This document shows positions 22,885-34,714 of a DNA stretch of 47,723 nucleotides, one piece after another. Source of the stretch: Octopus bimaculoides. Taxonomy: Eukaryota. The stretch spans positions 55,510,956 to 55,558,678 of the forward strand of contig NC_068988.1 of the NCBI RefSeq assembly GCF_001194135.2, written 5' to 3'. The notes under the pieces were generated by a model. It was not told the origin of the DNA, made no database searches, and saw only the letters and a program-made list of their open reading frames with translations. Both the position numbers and the translations under genes were made by a program. The stretch's first letter is position 1; each line of letters begins with the position of its first letter.

Positions 22885-23075
22885 ATATATGGAGAATTCA
22901 CAAAAAAAAAACAAAAGATGAAGACAGGTGGTGTAAACAAGCAGATGTATTAGTTTGACACTTGGGAAGTGAAAAAGTCTTTAACGTTTCGAGTCTACGC
23001 TCTTCCACAGAAAGAAACAAGGAGAGAAAATAAAGAATGTGTAGTGGCTAGCAATCTATCCAAGTCAAATCAGAT
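22885..23075 (-). mobile_element. Probable Penelope-like terminal-repeat fragment with a variant hammerhead (22979-23014)
   Basis: Minus strand CTTT CTGTGGA A GAG-cgtaga-CTC GAAAC GTT AAAG. Confidence 0.5.
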
Positions 23076-25544
23076 TGTAACCTGGTGCAGCTCTCTAGAT
23101 TGCCANNNNNNNNNNNNNNNNNNNNNNNNNNNNNNNNNNNNNNNNNNNNNNNNNNNNNNNNNNNNNNNNNNNNNNNNNNNNNNNNNNNNNNNNNNNNNNN
23201 NNNNNNNNNNNNNNNNNNNNNNNNNNNNNNNNNNNNNNNNNNNNNNNNNNNNNNNNNNNNNNNNNNNNNNNNNNNNNNNNNCATATATGCAAGTGCATGT
23301 GTTTGTGTACGAACGTTGAGATTCCAATCCTGTGAGTGAAACGCATTAGGAGATAAAATTAAAATACATAGGATGTCCTTTACAAATATGTAGCCAAGTC
23401 AGTTGTTTTGTGAAAAATAACAATTAAATCTCACTCAAATCACACCCTGTCATTAAAAAAAACAAAAAAAAAAAACTGAAAATATACATTAAGCAATGTA
23501 ATTCTGGATACAGAAAAAGTCACATAAAGTACGTCTTTGATAAGTCTAATTATGAGAGGAAAAGAAACAGCGGTTATATCCCATTAATGACAGCAAGACA
23601 GAAGCAATTATCTCCCTTGATGAAGAGTTTCTTCTGCAGAATATAGAGCTCAAAAAGTATTTCAAGTTGAAACTCCACTGTAATCCACTTGGTCGTGGTG
23701 GGACCTGGAAGATTAAATCCGTAAAGAGAAGAAAATGGAAGACTGTGATAGTCATATTTGTCAAAAAAAAGGGACCATTAGCTTTGGAAACAAAATGGCT
23801 TCAGCTAAAAATGGAACTCAAATCAGAGGCAACTAACCAAAAGTAGCAAATTAGTTAATAGGTGATGAATTGGCAGAATCATTGGAGAATAGGATGGCAT
23901 GACCCACAGTACATGTTCTGATTCTCTGTACTTTGAGTTCAAGCCCAGCCAAGATCAACTTTGTCGCTCACTTTCTCAGAGGTGAAATTATTTACAGTCA
24001 GTTGTCACTATGGCATGATTTGATAAGCTTTCTTCATACCAGTTGGTTTTTCGCTAGAGTTTGCCATTTATTATGAACAATTCCTTTCCACTCCATGTTC
24101 CTTTTCGCAGTATCTTTGAATCTCAGTCTAGGTCTTCCATGGTTTCTTTTCCCCACTGTATAGTTGCGAGTAAAGGTGTTGTCCTGTGTACTTGTCCCAA
24201 CCAATGTAAATTTCTATCAATGAGTCTATCCAGCATAGGAAGTAGACCAGCAAGCTGGGGAGGGGGGGGGCTCTTCACTCCTGATCTTGTCAGAGTTAAT
24301 AAAATAAAGTAAAAAAAAAGGGCTAATCCAGTCTAGATGCTTTGCAGTATTAGTTTCAAATTTTTGCATACTGAGTGTAAACCCCACAGTGGTCCATCTA
24401 CTGGAGTGGTGGATTTCATATCCATTGCCCTGTTTAACACCTGGAACCTCAGTGGGTACTTTTACAGGGAGTTCACTCAGTTGAAAGTATTCTGACCAGG
24501 TTCATGGATTGAGTTTCCTGCTTCCACTACTTGCAACAGTCCCTGGGTCCATGTAAAGGGTGATGAGTATTGTCTTCCCCAATGATTTAAACATAAGAAG
24601 TAAAGAAAAAAAAAAAGAAAGAAAGAAAAAAACCTTAACAAATTCATTTCATAGAGAATTTAGGAATAATTGTCTCTAATTTAAGTAAAGGACATCATTA
24701 TTTTTAATAGGGAAGGAGTTAGATTAATATCGTCGGCTGCAGGATTTGGCAGGAACTTTTATTTTATCAACACAGGAAGAATGAATAGTAAAGATGACCT
24801 ATGTACAATTTGAACTTGGAATGAAGAATTACCATAATTAAATACTGCAAGACACTGTGTCTGACACTCTAATGATTCTGCTTATAAACTGTCTTTAAAT
24901 TTAGTAATAATTAGAAGATAAGAATGAATCCAGTATAGCTATGATCATGTACCTGCACCTGTGTACGTTAGTCAAAGAGAAGACTGCTGATTAGCACAAG
25001 TCTTATTACAATGACTGGAAATATAAGAGAGACTTAGTCTTTCCTTGTTAGTTTGTAGCACTTCCCTTTCCAGTGTTTGATGCCAAAGAGGAGATAACTA
25101 CTTCAAAATGCAGGTATCCATCAACTTGGGTAAGAGGCGATTTTATACCTATTTGTCTACAGCATAGGTTCTCAAGAGGGTCCAGATGGACGCTGATGTC
25201 TAAGGGGGCGGTAGACAAAAAGGAGGCATTGGGAGGAAGGCAGTGGATTGGGGAACGCTATGAATTTATATTATTATTATAGTTTTGTATACAAATTATA
25301 TAATATGATATTAAATATCAAATTATTCATAGTATATACAACTTAGAAAAATATAAGATATTAATTTATACATAAAAATAGGGGTGGGGGCGCAGAGGGT
25401 ATTATGTGGCCATGAGGTGGGGTCCCCAAAAGTTTGAGAACCTCTGGTCTACAGCATGAATTTTTCTCCAAGACAAAATATAGTGAATGACCTTCTTACA
25501 GGTTTGAAGATGTCTCAAGCATAAATCTCTTTTCTCTTTTATTT

Positions 25545-26425
25545 GTTTCAGTCATTTGACTGTGGCCATGCTGGAGCACTGCCTTTAGTCGAACAAATCG
25601 ATCCCAGGACTTATTCATTGTAAGCCTAGTACTTAATCTATCTGTCCTTTTGCTGAAGCGCTAAGTTATGGGGACGCAGACACACCAACATCAGTTGTCA
25701 AGCAATGGGAGGAGGGGGGAATCACAGACACACAAACACAAACATATACATATATATATATATATGACGGGATTCTTTCAATTTCCATCTACCAAATCCA
25801 CTCACAAGGCTTTGGTCAGCCTGAGGTTATAACAGAAGACACTTATCCAAGGCTCCACATAGTGGGACTGAACCCGGAGCCATGTGGTTGGTAAACAAGC
25901 TACTTACCACACAGCCACTCCTGCACTTATATATATATATATATATACATATCATCATCATTTAGCGTCTGCTTTCTATGCTGGCATGGGTTAAACGGTC
26001 CGACTGGAACTGGTAAGTCAGAAAGCTGCACCAAATTCCAGTCTGGTTTGGCTTGGTTTCTACAGCTGCCATATATATATATATATATATATGGTAGACA
26101 ACAGAAGCACATGGCTCAGTGGTTAGAGCGTTGTGCTCACAATTATGAAGTAGTAAATTCGATTCCCAGACCAGGTTGTGTTGTGTTCTTGAGCAAGACA
26201 CTTTATTTCATGCTGCTCCAGTTCATTCAGCTGGAGTTGTGATGTCACTGGTGCCAAGCTGTATTGGCCTTTGTCTTTCCTTGGATAACATTGGTGGCAT
26301 GAAAAGGGGACGCTGGTATGCATGGGCAACTCCTGGTCTTCTAAAAACAACCTTGTGTGGATTTGTACCTTGGAGGGGAACTGTCTAGGCGTAATCCTAT
26401 GGTCATTCCTGACCAAAGGGTTTTT
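25545..26425. mobile_element. SINE cluster: family B (-), family V (-) and a tRNA-headed family C copy (26108-26425, +)
   Basis: Family C head tggctcagtggttagagcg...ttcgattccc plus ttcttgagcaagacactt; homologue at 41715-41950. Confidence 0.8.
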
Positions 26426-26509
26426 TTAAATTTTTCCTTTTTTTAGACAACAGAAAACCAGGGAAAAAGAAAATAAATAAAACAAAGTAAAAGTATATTC
26501 TAAACTTAC

Positions 26510-26725
26510 ATTTGCATTTTCCAAAGCTTCTCTGAAATCCTTGAGACGGCTTTTCATTGCAGCAAATGTAACTTCAAAAGTTGATAACTGGTTGAAAATG
26601 CTTGACATTGATGTCTCATACCAATCTTCTTCTTTGCATTCTTTTAAGCTGATCATATTATTTATAACATCTAATCTCTCTTGAAACTGTATAAAGAGCT
26701 CACCTAATGTTTTCGCATTATCCAT
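26510..26725 (-). CDS. SKA1: SKA1 first coding exon (exon begins at 26736)
   Basis: gatgcag acceptor, ATG at 26725, gtaagt donor; exactly 72 codons of helical heptad-like sequence. The four exons total 825 nt, giving 274 aa plus stop. Confidence 0.88.
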
Positions 26726-28265
26726 TGTCGACTGACCTGCATCAGTAAAAACATTTATTATTAAATCATTCTCTCTTAATCTCTATATGTTTATGTCAGT
26801 ATCTAAAAATACATATCTATACATCTTTCTTCCTTTCTTTATCATTTAACGTCTGCCTTCTATGCTGGCGTGGACGGAAACATGTGGTAACAAAATCAAA
26901 GTGGAAGAAGGAGAATGATCTGAATCTCCTCTCAAAACGTCCTTTTTTTCTCCCCTCAAATTTTATTCCCATCGGCAGAGGTGTGGCTGTATGGTAAGAA
27001 GTTTTTTTTTCCAATGACATGGTTCCAGGTTGAGTCCCTCTGCATGGCACCTTGAACAAGTGTCTTCTACTATAGTCCCAGGCGACCAAAGCCTTGTGAA
27101 TGGATTTGGTAGGCAGAAACTGAAAGAAGCCCACTAATGACTAAAACAAGTTAAAGACAAAAGACACACACACACACACACATATATATATGTATGTTTT
27201 AATCTATGTATCTATATATTCACACATGGACACACATACATACATACACACTCCTTTTGAAAGCTCGCCACAGCAAACGGTATTGTGCACAATATTTAAC
27301 TGATCTTGCCTTGATATCCCATTGTATTAAAAATGCCCCATCTTTGTTAGAAGCACTGTGTTGCTGTGGGCTCGAACTATGCAAGAAGTTAAATTTTTTT
27401 TGACTAAAACACAACCAGGACCCTAAGTAAGGCATGTGTAAAATAATAATAATAATAATCTTTTCTATTATAGGCACAAGACCTGAAATTTGGGGGAGGA
27501 GGATAGTCGATTACATCAACCCCAGCACTCAACTGGTACTTGATTTATCAACCCCAAAAGGATGACAGGCAAAGTTGACCTCACAACATAGCGACGGGTG
27601 AAAGTTGTGTAGTTCTCGAGTTTTAGGGAGACAGACAGACACACACACATTCTCATTTATATATATATATAATTAAAACATAGGGTAAAAAATCCTATAT
27701 TAATTAATATCGATTTATTACCAGGAAGCTAGCACATTTAAAGAATCAGAGAGATTCAGAAAAAATATCTGCGATCTCAAGGGATTAAAGTATATTTTTA
27801 TATATAACGTTGACCACTTAAGTGGACATTTAATGTGCTAGAAATAGACCACATCTTGTGTCTACTAAGACCTAAATTGTTCTCAAAACGTTGTGATGCA
27901 GCACAGAATTTTGTCAGTGAACAGGTCGCGGTCTCAAAGCGACGAAAATATTTTGACAAATTAAATTTAAATGTTGAAGTGAATCTAACGGATTTTGTGT
28001 GTTATTTTAAATGGCTTATAAACACCCTCCACGCTGCAATTGTTTTCGTTCCAGCACACGATCTCAGATCAGGTCACTTGCTATGCAAGTGCATCTCCGT
28101 AATATATATATATATATAGATATATAAATGCACAGATAAGGATAAACACCATAGAAAGACAGAATGGACTAAGCAGAACAAGAGACAGGTGGGATGGAGA
28201 GTCGCAGAAGAGGTGATAGGACGAGTAACGAAAGAGTTAAGACAAAAGACACAAAAATACGGACA

Positions 28266-28413
28266 ATAATAAAGCTGAAGTTAAGAACGAGGCGAAGGTA
28301 AAGAATACGCACACCCGGTGTTTAGGGTTAGGGTTACGCCGAAAACGGATGTGTGCGTATTCTTTACCTTCGTCCACGAACTATATATTCCTTCTTAACT
28401 TCAGCTTTATTAT
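28266..28413. repeat. Palindromic element with TTAGGG repeats in the spacer
   Basis: Arms ataataaagctgaagttaagaa...cgaaggtaaagaatacgcacac and their reverse complement flank tttagggttagggtta. Confidence 0.8.
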
Positions 28414-28649
28414 ACACACACATATGTATATATATATATCCACACACACCCATATTGTGTTATATGACGATACTACGTATTTTAGGGGCGACTACAAACA
28501 GTTAAACGAGAAAAAATATAACAAATTATTGTGACCTGATCATAAACTCGCTGTGAAACAACAAATATTCTGTTTTAAGAGGTATTAAACGAAGTTTTAA
28601 AACATTGCTAAGTTGAAAACAAATGTAAATGCTATACAAAAGAACCTAC

Positions 28650-28700
28650 CGAAGTGTTTGTAACAAGAAGACAGTAATATTAGTTCGAAGTTCGCGGTTC
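28650..28700 (-). other. SKA1: Probable non-coding first exon of SKA1
   Basis: Donor cttcg|GTAGGT at 28649 next to a CpG-rich promoter-like patch. The coding exon needs an upstream exon. The TSS is unknown. Confidence 0.5.
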
Positions 28701-28728
28701 GACGGTTGGAGCCGTGACGTCACTTCCT
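28684..28728 (-). promoter_or_regulatory. SKA1 core promoter: CDE/E2F-like + CHR, CRE, ETS
   Basis: Minus strand CCGCG-AAC-TTCGAA (28684-28697), GTGACGTCAC palindrome (28714-28723), ACTTCC (28722-28727). Confidence 0.55.
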
Positions 28729-28765
28729 TACGAAACACGGAATCTCTTTCGTGATTCGAGGATGC

Positions 28766-29092
28766 ATTGTTGTTGTTTTTGGCACTCTGTCGCTTACGAC
28801 TTCAAGGGTTCCAGCTGATCCGATCAACGGAACAGCCTGCTCGTCAAATTAACGTGCAAGTGGCTGAGCACTCCACAGACACGTGTACCTTTAACGTAGT
28901 TCTCTGGGATATTCAGAGTGGCACAGTGTGACAAGGCTGACCCTTTGAATTACAGGCACAACAGAAACAGGAAGTAAGAATGAGAGAAAGTTGTGGTGAA
29001 AGAGTACAGCAGGGTTTGCCACCATCGCCTGCCGGAGCCTCGTGGAACTTTTAGGTGTTTTCGCTCAATAAACACTCACAACGCCCGGTCTG
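28766..29092 (-). mobile_element. Family D SINE
   Basis: Reverse complement of 8838-9170. A related head faces the other way at 29520-29640. Confidence 0.85.
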
Positions 29093-30127
29093 NNNNNNNN
29101 NNNNNNNNNNNNNNNNNNNNNNNNNNNNNNNNNNNNNNNNNNNNNNNNNNNNNNNNNNNNNNNNNNNNNNNNNNNNNNNNNNNNNNNNNNNNNNNNNNNN
29201 NNNNNNNNNNNNNNNNNNNNNNNNNNNNNNNNNNNNNNNNNNNNNNNNNNNNNNNNNNNNNNNNNNNNNNNNNNNNNNNNNNNNNNNNNNNNNNNNNNNN
29301 NNNNNNNNNNNNNNNNNNNNNNNNNNNNNNNNNNNNNNNNNNNNNNNNNNNNNNNNNNNNNNNNNNNNNNNNNNNNNNNNNNNNNNNNNNNNNNNNNNNN
29401 NNNNNNNNNNNNNNNNNNNNNNNNNNNNNNNNNNNNNNNNNNNNNNNNNNNNNNNNNNNNNNNNNNNNNNNNNNNNNNNNNNNNNNNNNNNNNNNNNNNN
29501 NNNNNNNNNNNNNNNNNNNGTGTGTTTATTGAGCGAAAACATCTAGAGCTCCACGAGGCTCCGGCAGGGGTGGTGGTGACCCCTGTTGTATTCTTTCGCC
29601 CCAAGTTTCTCTCACTCTTTCTTCCTGTTTCTTGAGCAACGCTGCGATGGACTGGCATCCCGTCCAGCTGGGGGGAAACACATACGCCATAGAAACTGGG
29701 CCCATGAGCCTAGCTAGGCTTTAAAAGGGCGCATAAATAAATATGTGTTTCATTTATTTGGCGATGATCTGTCGCCCATGGTCTCACGCTTATCAATTTT
29801 TACAGCCGGTTGTTCGGCAGGGAAACATTTGTTTGAAGTCGGTGAGGTAGGTGGAAAATATAACGCACACTAGCACGCGCGCGCGCGCACACACACACAC
29901 GTTGACTTTCATATCTATGTATTGAATAATGAAACACACTCGCATGTGTGTATTTATGCATGTAGGTGTATATGAAAGATAATGGGTGTACTATTTTGCG
30001 TTTGTGTGTGTGAGTGAATACAAATACAAAAAACGGAACATGCTCGTTCTCGCGCTAGCGTACGAACAAACACACACACGTAGACTCATTATTTTTCATA
30101 TACACGTACAATCATAAATACATACAT

Positions 30128-31015
30128 AGTTGCTTACCAACCACATGGTTCCGGGTTCAGTCCCACTGCGTGGCACCTTGGGCAAGTGCCTTCTACTATG
30201 GCCTCGAGCCGACCAAAGCCTTGTGAGTGGATTTGGTAGACGGAAACTGAAAGAAGCCCGTCGTGTATATATATATATATATATATATCAAATGGAACAA
30301 AAACGCAATAGAGAACAATAGAACATTCGGACAAATAGACGATACAAAGGCAGACAGGAGAAGCAACAATTAGAAGGACAGGCCAAAAAAGACAGGTCAT
30401 TCGTGGACTTCTTTCCTCAGACACGTTATCAGAAGTACTTACTGTTTCGGGCAGTTACACTTGAGACAGTTCGATCTGGTTACCTCCCAAAAGTCTAAGC
30501 TAAGAGCATTAGATTTTTTTGTAAGAAAGCTAGCGAATGTGTATGGCAACAAAGACAAAAAACGGAGAACATGGTACACAGTTACAAATACATACAACAA
30601 GAATATAACAACAGGTGTCTTTTGACTGAGAATGAATCAAATTGAGCTGGCATGTATGAAGAGAAAGGCTAAAGGCAGGAACATGGGAGATGGACATAAG
30701 AGGTGTTGGCGGTCGGCAGTCAGGCCAAGAAAGAAAGATCATGGCTGGCTGGACACACACAAACACACACACACACACACATATCTATATAGATCATATA
30801 TATATAGATATGTGTATGTTTGTGCGTCTGTATTTGTCTCCCCATCATCACTTGACAACTGATGTTGGTGTGTTTACGTCCTCGTAATTTAGTGGTTCAG
30901 CAAAAGAGACTGATAGAATAAGTACTAGGCTTACAAAGAATGAGTCCTGGGGTCGATTTGTTCGACTAAAGGCGGTACTCCAGCATGGCTTCAGCCAAGA
31001 CTGAAACAAAAAAAA
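30128..31015 (+). mobile_element. Family B SINE split by a ~470-bp unclassified insertion in its microsatellite
   Basis: 5' half ends at gaagcccgtcgt(ta)n near 30290 and the 3' half resumes near 30800. Confidence 0.7.
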
Positions 31016-31809
31016 GAGAATTGTGCGGGTGTGTTTCACTATTCAACTCATGAACATGAAAGTCAATGTGTGTGTGTGCGTGCGTGCATGCGCATGTTTT
31101 AGTGTCTGCTTCACTTTTCACCTACCTCACCGACTTCAAATGTTGCTGTCAGTAGGACATGAAAACAAAAGTAAATAAATAAAAGTACGGAAATTGNNNN
31201 NNNNNNNNNNNNNNNNNNNNNNNNNNNNNNNNNNNNNNNNNNNNNNNNNNNNNNNNNNNNNNNNNNNNNNNNNNNNNNNNNNNNNNNNNNNNNNNNNNNN
31301 NNNNNNNNNNNNNNNNNNNNNNNNNNNNNNNNNNNNNNNNNNNNNNNNNNNNNNNNNNNNNNNNNNNNNNNNNNNNNNNNNNNNNNNNNNNNNNNNNNNN
31401 NNNNNNNNNNNNNNNNNNNNNNNNNNNNNNNNNNNNNNNNNNNNNNNNNNNNNNNNNNNNNNNNNNNNNNNNNNNNNNNNNNNNNNNNNNNNNNNNNNNN
31501 NNNNNNNNNNNNNNNNNNNNNNNNNATTAATGCGCTATCTATTTCTAGCGCATTAATTGTCCACGTTAGTGGTCGACGTTATTTTTAAAATGTACCTTAA
31601 TCCCCTGAGATTGCAGATAATATTTCTGAATCTCTTTGATTCTTTAAATGTGCTGGCCCCCTGATAATTAATCGATATTAATTAATATATTAATATATGA
31701 CTAATTACCAGATCTTATAATAATATTTACCCATTACTCATGTTCTCATTCTGAATGTATTCGACACAGTATATAAATAAATAGATAGATAAATAGATAC
31801 ATTGATACA

Positions 31810-32870
31810 TACATATCCAAAGAAGTCGCGTGACTCTACTGCAACGTATCATCAGATGAAAGAATGAGTCTGTATGATGTATTCATGGTTATGTTACTAG
31901 AAAGCTCTGTGATGATAGTAACATTGATCATCAAAGCAGTTTATCATGGACCAATAGCCAGATTACTACCTCCCACCTTGAAGGGTATGCGTTTGCAATC
32001 CAGATAGAGGAAATATCAACCAAGTACCTGATGCACAAAAGGGATAGAGATGCAGTTAAAGCTGTAAAGTGTGACATCTGATGCAGACTTTGTGGAGTTC
32101 ACACAGAAGATATCACCCACATCATAAGCAGTTGTCTGAAAATGTCATCATGGTATTATCTACCGGTGAGACATGATGTTGTAGCTAGGACATTCTATTA
32201 TGAAATCTGTTGGAAGGATAACCCTAAGGACAAGGAAATAAGAACCCTCAGTGTGGTAGAAGTCATAGCCACTCATAAGAAAAAGGAGTACTGGTGGAAT
32301 GTCCCAGTGAAGACCTCAATAAAATGTAAGCACAACCGATCTGATATAATGATTTGGGATAGAGAAGAGAAACTGTGCACAGTTGTGGAAATTAGCTGCC
32401 CAGCGGATGTTAACATAAAGCTGAAGATCAGTGAAAAAGAGGATACTTATCCTGAACTATTAAGAAATCTGCAGTTACTCTATCCAGATTACAAGTCCAG
32501 GTTTATACCTGTAATTATTGGAGCCCTGGGATATGTAACACACAGCCTAAATACCAATCTTGAGAAATTAGGCTTCTCAAAATCAGAAAGGAGAAAGCTA
32601 ATTGAAAGACTTCAGATCCAATCACTCACTGTAACTTTAAAAATCTGTAAGACTTTCCAGAAGTTTATCATTTAAATATATATGAGCATGTCTAAACATG
32701 CAACTATATGCATGAGGATGCATACATAAAGCAAAACATACAAATCTGCACCTATACATACATACAAACAAACAAAAGTATCCTGTTGTTGTTGAAATTG
32801 CAATGAAGGAGCCTTGGATCTAGGTTAGAAATCGGCTCTTTCTCTGTTGGCAAGAAATTTTGAAATAAAA
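31810..32870 (+). mobile_element. 5'-truncated non-LTR retrotransposon with restriction-like endonuclease (R4/Dong- or HERO-like)
   Basis: Frame from ~31882: HGY...S..W...EGYAFAIQ.EEISTKYL, one in-frame TGA, zinc knuckle CRLCGVHTEDITHIISSC, RHD, NRSDIMIWD..VEISCP, FIPVIIGALG; stop at 32675 followed by a 3' UTR. Confidence 0.88.
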
Positions 32871-33131
32871 GCTGAATAATGACATACATGCATATCATCA
32901 GTTGATAAACTAGTGTAAAGGCAATACTGAGGTCAATTTAATTCACAAATATTGTTTGAAAATATCAACTTCAGTATTTGACTGTTGAATGCATGTGACA
33001 ACTAAGCATTTTGCTTGATGCTCTGACAATTTTGCCGGCTCACTTTTTTTCTTACCACACACACACACACATACATACATGCGTACACACACACAAACAC
33101 AATACATACACAAAAAATACATAAACATAAA

Positions 33132-33579
33132 GGCGACGAGCTGGCAAAAACGTTAGGACGCCGAGCCAAATGCTTAGTGGCATTTCGTCTGCCGTTACGT
33201 TCTGAGTTCAAATTCTGCCGAGGTCGACTTTGCCTTTCATCCTTTCTGGGTCGATAAATTAAGTACCAGTTCTGCACTGGAGTCGATGTAATCGATTTAA
33301 TCTGTTTGTTTGTCCTTGTTTGTCCCTTCTATGTTTAGCCCTTTGTGGGTAATAAAGAAATAAGAAACATTAGGACGCCGGGCGAAATGCTTAGTGGTAT
33401 TTCGTCTGCCGTTACGTTCTGAGCTCAAATTCCGCCGAGGTCGACTTTGCCTTTCATCCTTTCGGGGTCGATAAATTAAGTACCATTTACGCACTGGGGT
33501 CGATATTATCGATTTAATCCTTTTGTTTGTCCTTGTTTGTCCTCTCTATGTTTAGCCCCTTGTGGGCAATAAAGAAATA
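33132..33579 (+). mobile_element. Dimeric family A SINE with 20-bp target site duplication
   Basis: aaaaaatacataaacataaa at 33112-33131 and 33580-33599. Confidence 0.9.
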
Positions 33580-33991
33580 AAAAAATACATAAACATAAAC
33601 GAATAGGCTAAGAAAGACAATTAAAGAAATAAAAATTTTCTATGGAAATTGCTGAACAAATACTTCCATTATCTGTGTACCTCTGTTGAAGGATAGCCAT
33701 TTATTTATTTATTTTGTTCAAGACATTAGATAATGTAGTAGTCTCTGATATAGAAAAGACAGTTGGTTGTGACCGTATAAGTTTGTATAAGTTTGCCCAC
33801 TCATGGCTGAATTGGACAAAAACAAAAACCACAGCTTATGAATGACTGCATGAAAGAAAGCCTTTATGAAGTTAACTTGCTAAAACACCAGGTGAATGTC
33901 TCTTAAAACATACATCTTACTGCCTTAAACGAAGAACAATTTAAAAAAGAAAAAATGTATTTGTAATGGTTGTATACATGTAAAATATATA

Positions 33992-34292
33992 CGAAGGGGT
34001 GCTGAAAAGTTCCTGGCTTTGGGTAAAAGAAAATACAAGAGGATTGGTTAATTATGATCTTATTCAATATATTCACCTCTCAGATTCACACACTTATTGC
34101 AGCAGTCCTTCTGTTTTTCTAAGCCCTGTAAAGAACTTGGAAGGCTGGGCCTCCAACCAGGCCATTTGTGACCAGAAACTTTTGCGACCAGAAACTTTTG
34201 CGATCAGGAACTTGTGACCAGGAACTTTTGCGACCAGGAACTTGCGACCAGGAACTTTTGCAAGCCAGGAACTTTTCTGCATTCCCTCATCA
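33992..34292 (-). mobile_element. Mariner internal-deletion derivative with internal minisatellite
   Basis: Left TIR cgaaggggtgctgaaaagttcctggc after TA and a degraded right TIR; minus strand WLEAQPSKFF...KCVNLRGEYIE* is a transposase C-terminus. Confidence 0.75.
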
Positions 34293-34326
34293 TAGATATA
34301 TGTTTACACATTTAGAAATATCACAT

Positions 34327-34359
<33 letters not shown>

Positions 34360-34714
34360 ATGTTTAAATATTTAAATTTAAATATATATTGAAGAGTATA
34401 TTGCAGAAAAGATTAATCTTGAAACTCTGTAATAGACTTTGGTTTGATTGGAATCACCTGTGTAGTCTTTGATTTAATTTGAGTATTATTAGCAGCATGA
34501 TATTGATCTTCAGAATCAGCTCATAACTCACACACACACACACATACAACATGCAACACACATTCATACACATACAAACAGTGGCCCAGGAACAAAATTT
34601 GCTTAGGGTTGCAAACACAGGTTTAAATTTTTTTATGAAGAATGTGGATGTTTTCAATGTCAACACTAAAACAAATGCTGGTATAATATTAATTTTTATT
34701 ATTATGAGGATTGA

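Noticed and set aside
30290-30760. Possible reverse-strand hammerhead (CTGAGGA, CGAAAC) in the nested insertion
   Set aside because: Motifs are in the wrong order and no stem II forms.
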